This document shows positions 23,966 through 37,749 of a DNA stretch of 64,000 nt, in pieces. Both the position numbers and the translations under genes were made by a program. The notes beneath the pieces are model-generated. The model saw only the letters and a list, made by a program, of their open reading frames with translations, was not told the origin of the DNA and searched no databases. Numbering within the stretch: position 1 is the first letter of the stretch; every line of letters starts with the position of its first letter. This stretch comes from Octopus sinensis (taxonomy: Eukaryota), in the NCBI RefSeq assembly GCF_006345805.1, contig NC_042998.1, positions 154,814,001 to 154,878,000 on the forward strand, given 5' to 3'.

Positions 23966-26900
23966 GCCAATGAAAATTTCTTTACAAGCCTTTAATATTC
24001 AACTTTCTGTTTCCTAATAACATGTTAGATGAACTTTATTTCATACTTAGAAGTAATTATTCTCTGGGAAATAAGAGAAAAAGTTAGTAAAATATGTCGT
24101 AAAAGATATTTGAATCTTCAAATTAAAAAATTATATACACATAAAAAATTATTTTTTTAAGTTAAGTTTTTGTAAAATAAGAGAAAAAGATAAACAGAAT
24201 TTTTTTAATGGAGACTTTCATAAATAAGAAATTAATAATTTTGTACACAAAATGAAATAAAAGGAGAATAAAATGAAAAAGTTTATATTTTGTATGCTGA
24301 GGCTAAAAATAATGCATGTTAGAGTAACAAACAAGATTAAAATGACTATGAGTATAGATTTTCTAGTTTAGCTTGTAAAATGTAAAACATCAGTTATGTT
24401 GACTTTTATGGGAAGAAAAAGCAGTTTTGTTGAAATAAAAAGTATGTAGATGGAAAAAAAAGCATGTAGATGAAATAAAAGCATGTCGTGTACACCAGAC
24501 ACTTGACCAGCCTTAGCAAAAAAGGACTAAATGCATCAACAACTAGCATGAGATTAGTCTCCAACCACTGGTCCACAGGAAGGCTGTCACACAACTTTAC
24601 CTTTTCTATTACTACTGTGATGGCTTCTGCATGTCATACCCAACCACCTGTGAAGAGCTGTATAAACTTATTCCAAATTCAGTTAAGGATTAGGAAAGAA
24701 ATATTATTTGAAATTATTTTCACATTTTATTAGGATATTGCAGTAAAAGCAATATCTTTAGAAAATATAAAAGGTTGTTTGGTTAAACTTCTAATTCCAC
24801 TACATTGATCTAGCATATTAATAAAAAAAAAAGAGTTAGTGAAAATATTTGTTATGATAAGTGATGAATAAATGAATACATACCTTAACAAACCTACCCA
24901 TAAAAGTTTTTTGTGGTAAACAGGAATTTTTAGCAAGCGATTCAATAAGCATTTTGATCTTTTTGAATTGGGTGTACTTTTTATTTTACTGGTGGGTTTC
25001 AAGCTAGAAAAATATTTACTGAATTTAGTAAAAATGGAATAAGACAAATATTTAAGAGAATATTTTTGAAGAATATATAAAATGTTAAAAAGTTTTTAAA
25101 TACTTTTAACTTTATATGAAATAATACACATGAAATGGATATTTAACAGCTTAAATTGTTAATCAGGAACTGACATTTATCCATGTTATAGAAACTTTCG
25201 AATTCAGAGTCTTCTTTGATCATAAAAACCACATACTAATTTTTTTTGTATTACATTTAAAATTTAAAATTCTCATCAGAGAAGTTGGCATATTCATATA
25301 AGGATAAAATTATAGTAAGTTCATTATCAAATGATACCCACTGTATGATCAAAAATATGAAGAAATATATTATACATGTATTACTATGATTAATAAGAAT
25401 GTCTACCACTAAACTACATTAGGAATGTGGAGAGTGGGCCTCACTACTTATCAAAGTATAGTTGAAGCAAAATACTTCTGAACAATAGAAAATTAATAGT
25501 TTTCAAAAATGCTGGAATGAAAGTTGTAAAACTTCTCTTTTTTGAGTATAAAAGACATTTTAGTTTAATGACTAGTGAAAAGTGCAACAAACTGAGCAAA
25601 AAGGTACATTGCATTTCATTTATATATTCAAAGCTGTAAAAATAGTACAAATTTTGAATATGGTTTTTAAATTTTGGATGATTCCTGGTAGAATTCATTT
25701 GTTTTATTCAATTATATCTGTTTTTAAAGTAATATTGTCGACTTTTATAAGTTAAAAATGTATATGTAGTAGTAATTTAACTTAAAGTGTGACTTTTGTC
25801 TATGTTTATCTTTGTAAAAAACAATATGAAGTATAAAATTCACCTTACCTGCTGAGTTGTTATGTATCTGATAATTAACTTTAAAAAGGCTTACATGAAG
25901 AATGAAATAAGAAAATATAAAAGCTTCTTAATTAATGATTGGTTGTGCTCAAAGGTATTTGAGGTATTCAGCAACCTATTCATGGAAAGAGACATGCTGT
26001 GTGATCACACAACATTAGGAAAGGCTAATCAGGTCATCCATTTTGCAGAAACTGTTTGTTAAAAACTGTATGCCACAAACAAGATTTATGACTTCACTTA
26101 TTCTTATAATTTGAAGTCATATTTTTTCTAACTTTACTCTCATAAGTGGGTGGAACAGTCTCAGTATATTCTGCAAATTTTCTAAAACTTTTGAGATTAA
26201 ATGAGATCAATGTGGCTAGTGTTCAGATTGAAACCTGTGAGTTAATATCTGTAAGAAAAATAGGGAAGGGTTCAGAAGTATTCAGAGAATAAAGGATTGG
26301 TTGTGCTCAAAGGTATTTGAGTCATTCAGCAACCTATTCATTGGAAGAGACATGCTGTATGATCACACAACATTAGGAAAGGCTAATCAGGTCATCCATT
26401 TTGCAGAAACTGTTAGTAGAGAAAGTAAGTGACATAGAAGGGATGATGTGACAAGGAGGATGGGAGGAAGATGCATCAAATTTGTTTTTTGATAGTGCAG
26501 AATAGAATCAGTTTTAGAACAAAATAACACGAAATGAAATAACAATAAAGACTATAAACTGAAATTGGTAGTTACAAAAAATAAATGGAAAATTACAGGT
26601 TATAAAACCATTGGAGGATTTAGTTCTCATTAAGAAGCTGGTGAGGGATAATGTCTAGTATGTGAATCTACTAGCAAAGTTTACTAATTTGTATTAAGTG
26701 CTAACAAACTGTTTTATGTGATATATACTCACTTTCTTCAGTGCCTTAATGACTTGTTTACTATTATCTCTAACCACATAAATACACATGTGAAAATATC
26801 AATAAGCAAGTCATAATAAGTATATATTCCCCAAATTGAAATTATGGCAACCTAGACACCAAGACATATCAAGAAAAATCCTGTATGGTTTTATATTTTA

Positions 26901-28529
26901 CTTACTCAAGAACATACCAAAAACTGATGGTATGTGATTCATCTTCCTTTGTTTACAATGAGAAGTGCAAACCACAGTAAGTTTCACAGTGTTTGCAGTT
27001 ATCTTCATCCAAGTATGACAATACATTTTTTTATGTATGGCTTGCTGTGGTATGATTTAGGTTCAATAGTGAATTTTGGAAAGCAACTGCTGACTAATGG
27101 AAACAATATACAGAGTATACAAACTTTTTATATAAATCTGCCAAAAATGAAAACAAGTCATGCTGTGCTTCTTTTATTACCTCCTAACATACATGAATGT
27201 ATCCATGACCTGTAGACATTTGTAAAGAAATTGAGACATCTGGTCTCAAAACAAATAAACTTGATAAAATTTGCCCTCATAATGAAAATATGAGGATCTG
27301 TATGACTTTCATGGAATTCTGTTCTTACAGAAGACCTTCAGACACCAGTAACATTCTTGTTTCTTGTTCCTTATGAATTTATCTTTCAAAAGTTATAAAA
27401 ATTTGAAATTGTTTTACTCTGTGTGTGTGTGTGTGTTGTTTCTCCTTATGGATTTATCTTTCAAAAGTTATCAAAATTAGGAATTGTGTTTCACTGTGTG
27501 TAGATGTGAAATTGGTAAAGTATAATTCATGATAAAAATTTTGTCTCATTCTGATAAAAATACCAGTGACTTCAGAGCAAAACATCTCATTACAGGCCCC
27601 CTGCATTTAGCATCTTTGTCTGTGACTCACTCCCACTCCAACTGTTGTTTTAGTTTCCTTTGACCATTGTGACAGCAAAAAAGTAGAAACGATGTTGGAT
27701 AATTTAGAAAACTTCAAACTATAAAATAAATGAAATTACTCCAGCTCATGTTGAATGATTTGGAACAAATTCAATAGCTTCAAACACTAAAGTGTTATTC
27801 ACACACACAAAAAATATATACACGTGGAATGTTATATGTTAATGACTATCATAGAAAAATGTAAATGATTTTAACACTTCGTTACACATCAAGTTGAATA
27901 ATAAATATAACTTACTTCTGTAATGCTGTCCTAAATATGATGATACACTTGATTGAAAAAAGGAGTAGCATGTAGTTGTTGAGTATAATACAATATTTAG
28001 GTTTAAAAATCTGAAAAAGTACTTGTTATAATTGTGTTTTAATGCTTTTATAACCTGCTCAAATGAAAATCTGATTTTCGCCAACAAATCACGTGCAGAC
28101 ATGAATGGAGGGGAAGGAAAAATAGGGAGAAAAAGGGAAAAGGATAGAAAAAATTAAGGGAAAAAAATCTAAATCACTACATTCTGCAGTGATCACAGTA
28201 AGTACACCATCAATTGTACAAACAACAATATTCACACAAAATCACTAATGATCTGCTCTTCTTTTTTTTGCATTTCAATGCTTTTGATCTTGAAACTGAA
28301 CTATTCTTTGTCTTCTTTATCTTGTTTTGCTCTATTCTCTCTGCCATTTTGGAGGATGTCGCATGTGTGTGGCTCTTTAAACTTTTTGATAGTGCTCTGT
28401 AAAGTTTTATCACCTTTCTTTTCTTTTCCTCTCTCTCTCTCTTTTTTCTTCCCTCCCTTATTCTTGTATATTTGTTACTTTCTCTCTCAATCACCACCAC
28501 TTTAACCTATCCATTCTTGGTGGTGGAGG

Positions 28530-30720
28530 CATGCATCAAACAACCAAGAGACATCTGACAGAGAAGCACCCACCAGCACCCCCAGATAATCAACTAAACT
28601 GGCTCAATCCCCTAGAACACTTGAGATCGGTCTTCACCTTTGATAACATCAGAAAGGCGATTTCATCCTTCCCTGCTGGTTCAGGTATGGGAATTGATGG
28701 CCTTCGGCCTCAACACCTCAATGATAGTATCTCCTTATCGGCTGGTGATGCCGGACTTGAGCTCTTGGAGAATTTGTCTCTGTCAGTGAACATCCTCCCC
28801 TATATCCGCCCACTATTCTTTGGTGCAAAATTATTTGGGCTCACTAAACCCAATGGAGACCTGCGCCCCATTGTAGTCAGCTGCACCCTTCACTGTCTCA
28901 CTGCAAAGGTGTGCTTACAATCAGTCTTTAGCTTATTGGAGGAGAAATTTTCCCCCCACCCAGCTAGGAGTGGGCACCAAATTGGGATGTGAAACTGCTG
29001 CCCACACTAACTGAGCTTATGCCAACTTGCCCTCCTTGTCACCCAAGGTTATCCTCAAATTTGACCTTAAGAATGCTTTCAACTCCATCAGCTGCGATGC
29101 TGTCCTCAGCTCAGTAAGAGAGGCCTCACAACTCTACTGCCTTGCATGGCAGGCTTATCAGGAGCCCTCCTATCTCTCTTTTGGTGACCAAATCATCACC
29201 TCTGCCACAGGAGTCCAACAGGGCGACCCACTTAGGCCCACTCTGTTCATACTGGGCATTGATGACATCACCAAAATGGGGGTCAAGCTAGACCTCATCG
29301 TCTGGTATCTCAGCGATGCTTTTTTGGAGGATCACTGGACAGGGTTCTTGCCATTGCAAACACGATGGTTGGGGAGCTTAGTTGCTGGGGTCTCCAAGTA
29401 AACAGCTCCAAATGTGAGCTCTGGATCCTCAACCCCCTGGCTTCTCAACATCAACCAACTATTGACCTTTTTGCAGAGTTCTTCCCTAGGAGCCCCAATC
29501 CCTGACTTTGGCTTTGAGTTCATCTTCCAGTCGAAGGTGGCTGCTCTTGAGCAATTGCTGAAAAATATTGAAGCTATCAAACCCCATCAAGGTTTTTTCA
29601 TACATAGGAATTACCTCCCGATCCCTAAGCTTCTATATTTGCTCAGAGTTAGCTCATCTTATGGATTCCCATTGTGCCTCAAATGCTTCAACAACCTAAT
29701 CTTTGAGAGATTCGAATGCTTAGTCAAAGTCAGACTCTCTCCAATGTCCCATGATCAGGCTGCATTGCTCAAGTAGTTTGGAGGGCTTGATCTTCGTAAG
29801 TGTTCATCCCTCTCTCTCCTCTGCTTCCTTTTCTCTACCCACGCCTGCTCCACCCTGGTGAGCAATATGGACCAGTTCAAACAGGGAGTTGGATGAAGTC
29901 CTTCAACACTGGAGGGAATTGGGCTTGTCTACTCCTGAGAAAGTGGAGGACTGTCAGAGTCAGAGAGTTTGGGACAACATAATTTCGAAGGCCACCTTCG
30001 ACACCCTCTTCATCCAGTCAGACCTGTTTTCAAGGTGTCTCTTACTGTCTGCTAGCACCAAATACTCAGATGACTGGATTGATGCCATGCCTGTGGCTAA
30101 TGTTGGTGGCCTACTCAGCTTGGATAAATTTCGTGTCTCCATTGCCCTCAGAATGGGCGCTGATGTATGCACAGGTTTGATCTGTTATGGTGGCAGGCTC
30201 CTCAACTCCACAAGCTTCCATGGCCTTTCTTGCCACCTGAATGCTGGTTGCTTCGCGTGAGCTTGGCCTGGGCAAACATCCCTTCCATCTTGGAACCATG
30301 GGATTGTCCAGGTGTGATGAGAAGAGACCTGACAGCCTCACCCTGTGCCCCTGATTGCAAGGTAGATGCCTTGTCTGGGATGTCTCAGTTAGTGATCCTT
30401 TGCTTCTTCTCACATCCTGGATGCTGCAGTCAGGGCAAGATCCACAGCTTCTGCAGCTGTGCAGAACAAAATCCTGAAATACAGCAATCAGTTGGCCAAC
30501 TACATTTTCCATCCTGTGGCATTTGAGACATTTGGTGGGGTTGGACCACTAACTGCAAGATTCCTATCTTCACTAGCAACTCACCTTGCAGAGATAACTG
30601 GGGAGGCTTGTGAGGGAACTTGGCTATTGCAGCACATCAGCATCACCATCACCTGTGGCAATGCTGCAAGCATGCTGGCATGCTTCAGTAGCCATTAGAG
30701 AAGTTTCCTACCGCCCCCAA
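28530..30720 (+). mobile_element. CRE-clade (RLE) non-LTR retrotransposon, degenerate RT plus RLE
   Basis: SGMGIDGLRPQHL, FFGAKLFGLTKPNGDLRPIVV, KFDLKNAFNSI, SATGVQQGDPL, FRVSIALRMG and FHPVAFETFGGVGP; multiple frameshifts. Confidence 0.8.
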
Positions 30721-31185
30721 CTTTTCAACCAAAGGTGGTGAATTGTTTTGGTTTTTTCTTTTTTCTCTCTTTTCCTTTTTTCTTATTATGAACATACTTA
30801 AAATGAACTGGGGGAAAATAGAGATAAATAAATAGGTAAAGTTCATAGATGCAAACAGTAAAGTAAGTAAACCCATACACACACACACACACACACACAA
30901 TATAGATGCAGATAAGGATGCTCACCATAGAAAGATAGAATAGACTAAACAGAACAGGAGGAGACATGTGGGATGGAGAGTCCCTGAAGAGGACACAGGA
31001 CATGTGATGAAAGATTTCCAGACAGTGGACATAAAATATAAACAATAATAAACAAGTGAATTACGAATATTTAGTGAATGTGTTCATTTGGCAAGGAAAA
31101 TAAAGGATCATCCCGAAAGATAACAATATTTGTTTCAAAACATAATTTCACATTAGGAATTTAGCAAAACAAATTATATATATAT

Positions 31186-32000
31186 AATGTGCAGCGATTA
31201 TATTGTCTAAATTACGCAAAAATGAAAATAACACTGACATCTCATTTTAACAGATATATTTACCAAAATTATATAATTTTAGAGTAAATTTATTCAATAA
31301 AATCGCCATTGGCTTCAACCACAGCCTCTAGGTGACTTTGGAATCTCCTGCAACTCTTCTGGATAGTCTCCTTGTTTAAGTTGGTGAATGCTACCATAAT
31401 CCTTGCTTTCAGTTCATCTTTGGTGTTACAAGAAGTTTTGTTGGTCTCTTGTTCAACTGCACCCCACACACAATAATCAAGGGGGTTGCAGTGTTGTGGC
31501 CAGATGTTAGGAGTGATGTGGCTGCAGAAATTGTCTGACAGCCAGGACTGGGTTCTCCTGCTTGTGTGAAATGATACAAACTCCTGTTGCCAGATACAGG
31601 GTCTTCTAGCAGTCACCCTCTTGACCCCAGGGCAGCACTACCTCCTCCAGGCACTTGATGTAGGCTTCCATGTTGAGTCAGAGGCTGTGTGGGAAGTTGA
31701 ATGGAGGCATAACATCACCATCACTAGTGATCACTCCAAATACTATTATGTTAACTGGATGTTTGATTTTTATCACTCTCGTTACATGATTGTTCTGTGT
31801 GTTCACTGTTTGTTCATATTCGAGCTTCTGGCACGAATGCCAAGCAGTGCAGCATGTCATTTCCAAATTTCTGGCAGAGTAAATTGCGTCATGGTGCTGT
31901 TTTTCTCACAGACAGTGCCCAACTGACCCTACTATACTGTGTAGTCAACAAAATCAAAAGCAAACAATGCACATGGTAACAATTTACCCATCACACCTTG
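31186..32000 (-). mobile_element. Internally deleted Tc1/mariner-superfamily transposon, maT/DD37D-like
   Basis: VFGVITSDGDVMPPF, YIKCLEEVVLP and WP..CNPLDYCVW...EANGDFIE. Terminus CAAGGTGTGATGGGTAAATTG next to TA; same family as 63211-64000. Confidence 0.8.
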
Positions 32001-33570
32001 TATATATATTTTCTTTTTATTAGAAAGTAGGGTTCTGTTGTGGTACCACTCACCACTGCCTTTGATGCCAATACCAAATACATAGTGTATGACTGTGTAT
32101 GTGTGTGTGTCTGTGTATATACATATATGTATATATAAAGTATGCATGTATATATATTATGTGTGTGAATACTTATATATAAAAGTATTCAAATGCATAT
32201 CTATATCTAGTTAATGAGAGACAAAAGATGAAAGGTAATAAGAGTTTATTAATCAATACAATTGCTTCAACACATCTAGCATTGATCCCTCATGAGTGGG
32301 ATACTTAACAACTGGTTCAGAAGCATCCGACAGTGCAGATTTGTCTCTTCAGGTGATAAAAAGATACAACTTGTTAAAATAATAGTTCTGCAATTTATCT
32401 TCTCAGCTCTTGCGAAGAAAAGCGGCAAATTAAAGGATATAGCTTCATTTATATAGAAGACCAATAATAAAATAACAGATGCCAAAAAGAAACCAACAAG
32501 CAATGCAGCGATAAAAGTATTATCTATCTGCCTGCCTGTCTGGCTGTCTGTATATCTATCTATCTCGAATTTCTTTCAACATCTAGAAGTATTCCTAGGA
32601 ACGTCTCGTCCTTTACTTTTAGTGGGGGATTGGAATGCTACCGTGGGCAGAGATAGGAATGGACGGGGATGCAAAAGCTTCAGAGACCTGCTCAGACGCT
32701 TTCAACCTAGCCCACTCGCATCCTAACCTCATTTTACATGACCCTGTAAATTTTAGAGTCAATCCGACGGGATCTATTGGCCTTTAACCCATTCTCATGC
32801 CAAAACCAGACAAACAAACATTTTGCATTTCAGAATTATAACATAGAGGTGATATACATGAACACACACAGATTGATCTAACTGGATTCTAAGTGCAATA
32901 TGCATTTGCAAAAGTTTGTGAGCCTCCATAATTTATGCTTTCTTTATTTCTGCCCTTCTGTTTCTCATTCTAGTTGTTTGAATCTTGCAAGAAATGTCTA
33001 GTACTGAATTATGCATTTACATCACAATTATCCAAGTTCTAATCATATACACAGTTTATTCATCATTTAACTCTGTCACATTGGTTTATTTCACTATACA
33101 ATTTTTTTTTATCTTGATCTGAGTTATGTTTATGTGTCCTATTATGTATTTTTTAAAATATATGTTTTAATTAACGAATTTTAATTACTATTCTTGCTGA
33201 TATATAATTATAATAAAACTATAAATATTTTATTATTGTCTTTATTAGTTTTTGTCTTATAACAAATATATTGTTAGAAATTTCACAACCCATTTTGCGG
33301 GACTGCGTCAGTCTTCTTGGACATTTCTCTTTCTCCTTTCTAATGAATAGCTATGTTTGAAATATCAAACTCTCTCCTTTCACGGAGTGTCAAGCTAGTA
33401 CATTTCTTATGCACATCCTCATGCTGCCCGATTTTTTTCGCTTATTTGAATTGACTATATATATATATATATATCTTATGATGTGTCTATCATGTGCATG
33501 TATATGTGTGCGTGTGTGCGTGTGTGTGTGTATGTGTGTATGTGTATATATATATATATATATAGATATA

Positions 33571-34250
33571 TACTAGCAGTATAGCCCGGCTTTGCTCTGG
33601 ATTAAGTTAGGATTATTAAGCTAATTAAGCTCTTTATTTCAAAGCAAACTAAGTAACATCGACGTCAAATTTGAGTGAAATCCGTTGAAATTGGTAAACT
33701 TTGGGCTGAAATTTTGCAGACAACTTGATTGGGAAATCCCATAAGGAATCGGTTTATCAATTTTTTCCACTCATCGATTGCTTATTTTTTTTCGTTTTTG
33801 GAGAACTTAAAGCATTCAAATATCCCATGAGTCCTAAGTAATGCTGACATCAAGTTTGAACAAAATACATCAAAATTGGTAGACGTTGGTTGAAAATGGG
33901 CTGTAGCGAATTTTAGTGGGAAGTCCTATAAGAAATCGGTTTATCGATTTTTTAAATCCTGATTAAATGGAAAACCCCATAAGGAATCAGTTTATTTATT
34001 TTTCACCCCAAATACGACTTAATCGAACATTGCTGATTCAAAAACATTGGTTTTCACACCCAACCCAGTTCTGCAGAATCAATGTCGCGATGGGAGCGCA
34101 TGGGTTGGGAGTTAGATCGGCAGAGGTGATCAGGTTGCATATGCCGACCCTTTTGAAAACACCACCCCCATCATGTAACCACTCTTTGCCCAAGGGTTAG
34201 GAACCCTTCCAGCAAGGAAAATAGAACGCTCAAAAGGGTCCCTGATCCTA
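33571..34250 (+). mobile_element. Possible non-autonomous Helitron-like element with internal tandem subrepeats
   Basis: Starts TACTAGCAGTATAGCCCGGCTTTGC after (TA)n. Three diverged GGGAAATCCCATAAGGAATCGGTTTAT units. AAGGGTT-AGG-AACCCTT hairpin near the 3' end. The class assignment rests on resemblance only. Confidence 0.35.
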
Positions 34251-34306
34251 TACATACATACATACATACATACATACATACATACATACATACATACATA
34301 CACACA

Positions 34307-34334
<28 letters not shown>

Positions 34335-34352
<18 letters not shown>

Positions 34353-37110
34353 AAGAGCCATCGACTTGATGAAAAACGGAAAGGCGCCAGGGAGAGACAA
34401 TATACTATCGGAGGTGTTAAAGTCAGGCAGAGAGCAGCTATGGAAAATCCTCGCCGAGCGATTCACGCACTATGTAGACGAGGGAAGAGTTCCGTCGCAG
34501 TGGAAAGAGTCAAATACCATCCTGCTATGTAAGAAGGGTGATAGAAAAGATCTAAAGAACTACCGAGCCATATGTCTGCTGTCTCACGTGTACAAGTTGT
34601 TCACGAAGATAATTCTGAACAAGTTGTCACGTCATCTCGACGAACAGCAACCGAAGGAGCAAGTCAGCTTCTAGAAGAACTACAGTACGATGGACCCTAT
34701 ATTTACTCGAACACAACTGCTTGAGCGAGCGAATGAGTACAAGCTGCCTCTTTGCGTTGCGTTTGTTGACTATGAGAAAGGCCGTCGACAGCGGCGAAAC
34801 CAACGCAGTGCTGAACTCGCTGCAGAGCAATATGTGAGTCGAGGCGCAATATGTGCAACTACTCAGGAAGGCAAATTCCGGATGCACCACCGACATAGCT
34901 TTGCTGTCATCACCCGTACGAGTGTCGGTCAAGATGCGATCTCTCAAAAATTTTTCACCGCATGTCTCGAGCAGATCATCAGAGGCATCGACTGGCAAGG
35001 CGGTGTCAACATCAATGGCGAGCTACTCACCCACCTCCGTTTTGCTGATGACATCGTAATCATCGCTGAAACCACGGATCAGCTTCAGACCATGCTGACG
35101 GAGCTCGACATCAAAAGCTCTGCAGTAGGTTTCAAGATGAACCGCATGAATACGAAATTCATGCGATCCGACAACATACCAACAGGTCGAATGGTGGTCG
35201 GCAGTGATGAAATAGAGGAGGTAAAGGAATATATCTAGCTGGGACAGGAAGTGAATATGTGCCGAGAAAAGGAGATCTCACGGAGATTGAGGGCCGGATG
35301 GAAGGCGTTTAATGGCTCAGAGGAACGTTGGACAGGACCACCCTCACTAACTTCATCAATAGCACAGTTCTACCTGCAATGTTATATACGAGGGGCGTTC
35401 AATAAGTAATGCCCCTGACCCACTTCCCATAGCAATAGAGCAACGAAACTTGGCACAGTTATTAGTCTTTTTCTACATAGGAACCACCCAGAGTTACGCA
35501 TTTCTCCCATCGTTTGATGCGGCTCTGGAGACCGTTTTTGTAGAAGAACCCAGCTTGGTCCTACAACCTCAACGTGACTTCAGAAATCAAGGCTGCATCA
35601 TCTGGGAAATGCTTTCCTTTCAAAAACAACTTCATGATTGGGAAGAGGTGAAAATCAGAGGGTGCAAGGTCAGGAAAGTAGGGGGGATGGAGAGGAGTTC
35701 ATAGCCATACGCCTGTGCTTCTGATCTGGCGACAAGCGAGTTGTGGACCGGAGCGTTGTCCTGCAGGAGGAGGATGCCTTTGCTGATCTTGCCCCACCTC
35801 TTGATTTTGATAACTTCTCTTAATTTCCTCAAAAGTGAAGCATAATAGGCTCCTGCAATTGTGGTACCCTTTGCCAGGAAATCTGTCATCACTACTCCGT
35901 CCTGGTCCCAGAAGACTGTGAGCATGACCTTGCCAGCGGAGGGCTGCACCCTTGCCTTCTTTGGAGGGGGTGAGTCACGGTGCTTCCACTGCATTGACTG
36001 GGCTTTGGTCTCTGGATCATCGTGATGGACCCAGGTTTCATCCTGTGTAATCGGTCCTTTGAAAAATTTTGACTCATCTTCTTGGCACATCTCCAAATTC
36101 ACCCTCGAACACTCGACGCGTTCTTGCTTCTGGAAAGGCGTGAGCAGCTTGGGAATCCATCTGGCAGACACCTTTTGCATATGCAAATGGTCATGAATGA
36201 TAGTTTCCACAGACCCGGTACTAATCTTGACCTCATGGGCTATTTGGCGAATAATTATGCGTCGATCTTCTAAAATGGCAGCCTCAGCTTGACGGACAGA
36301 TGCCTCATCAATGGCAGAAGGGGGCGACCAGATCTGGGAGCTATCTCCACAAAGTTCCGACCATGTTTGAATTCACGATGCCAGCGTTTTACAAGGTCAT
36401 ATGATGGGGCATCATCACCATAAGTTACTTTCATTTCATCAAAAGTCTCCCGTGGTGTGCGTCCTTTCAAATACAAAAACCGGATCACTGCTCGACACTC
36501 AACAGGCTCCATTTCACACTTGACTCGGTTCAAACACCTGTAAATCAGAAACCACAATTAATTCAGAGCTGTAATTTGCCACTTACTCTATAGAGATATA
36601 AATGATTGCACATGCAAAATTTCAGCAAGATCAAACAACTGCAAGTGGGTCAGAGGCATTACTTATTGAACGTCCCTCGTAGTAGTGAAACATGGGCTAC
36701 AACAAAGAGAGAAGAGAAGAGACTGGTAACGGCCCAAAGAGCCATGGAGATGTCAATGCTTGGAATCTCATTGAGAGAGCACATCAGTAACGAGGTCATC
36801 AGACAGAAGTCTGGTGTGAGAGATGTCAATCGTAGAATATACACGCAGCAAGTTTAGATGGGCTGGACACGTCGCCTGGCTCACTGATAATCGGTGGACC
36901 CGCGCAATTGTCGAGTGGCACCCGCGCGAGCGGAAACGGCCACTCGGAAGGCCTCCATGACGGTGGAATTACGATTTTAGGAGGACGATTGGGACCACGT
37001 GGATGAGGAAGGCGCGATCCAGAGAGGAGTGGACGGCGTGCTATGACCAGCGATGTCAAATGGACGCCCGTGGGACTGGTCGGTCAAGGTGATCAAGGTG
37101 ATACATAAAT
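34335..37110 (+). mobile_element. 5'-truncated RTE-clade LINE (RTE-1-like), interrupted by mariner
   Basis: GKAPGRDNI, KKGDRKDLKNYRAICLLSHVYKLFTK, INGELLTHLRFADDIV and MLY|SSETW across the insertion, AQRAMEMSML; 3' tail (GATCAAGGT)2. Confidence 0.9.
35389..36679 (-). mobile_element. Mariner (DD34D-type; CGAGGGG TIR as in irritans/Hsmar2-like elements), 1291 bp, frameshifted transposase
   Basis: TIRs CGAGGGGCGTTCAATAAGTAATGCC / GGCATTACTTATTGAACGTCCCTCG; TA TSD at 35387-88 and 36680-81. Motifs RSGRP, WIPK, DETW, QDNAP and (frameshifted) PDLAPSD. Confidence 0.95.
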
Positions 37111-37250
37111 AATTAAGATTCTGTTGAATTAGGTATTTACGTTGAGACATCAATTCAATCCGGTATTATCTGCACAGCTAGAAGTAAGGTGAATAAAAAG
37201 CAAATAAGTAACAAAGATGTAAAGATATTGACATCCTTGTTACCTATTTG

Positions 37251-37339
<89 letters not shown>

Positions 37340-37419
37340 TATAATATAATATAATATAATATAATATAATATAATATAATATAATATAATATAATATAAT
37401 ACACGACAATTAGTTGGTT

Positions 37420-37486
37420 GCCATAATAAAAAATAAAGTTTCGGATGTCGGAGCGGAAGTTTGCTCCGGCATCTCGTCAGTTATTA
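37420..37486 (-). ncRNA. Hammerhead motif (family H1) in a solo PLE tail fragment, cleavage site decayed
   Basis: ataa-CTGACGA-gatgccggagc...gctccgacatc-c-GAAA-ctttatttt; 11-bp stem II with one mismatch; GUC lost; abuts (TA)n/(ATAAT)n. Confidence 0.65.
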
Positions 37487-37749
37487 AGACAAACAAAAAT
37501 TATATATATATATACTAGGGTAGACCAAAAAATGCAACTTTCAAAATTGGTAACCAAGAATCGAGATTTTGTTGCGAATTGTGGTTAAAAGAAAGGTGTA
37601 AAAAGAAGTTTGTGTTTAAGTATATTTTTCAGGCTCCACAATGCAATTGAAAATTTTTTAAATCGCTATTTTTGGTCGAATTATGGATTTCATGGATATT
37701 TCTACATATTAGAATGCAAAACAGTAAATATAATATTCTTAAGAGGTCG

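Noticed and set aside
28210-28360. Minus-strand CCAAAATGGCAGAG start with a Lys- and Cys-rich mini ORF (possible first exon)
   Set aside because: Only about 45 codons, no convincing splice partner or downstream exons, and it lies in low-complexity flank of the CRE element.
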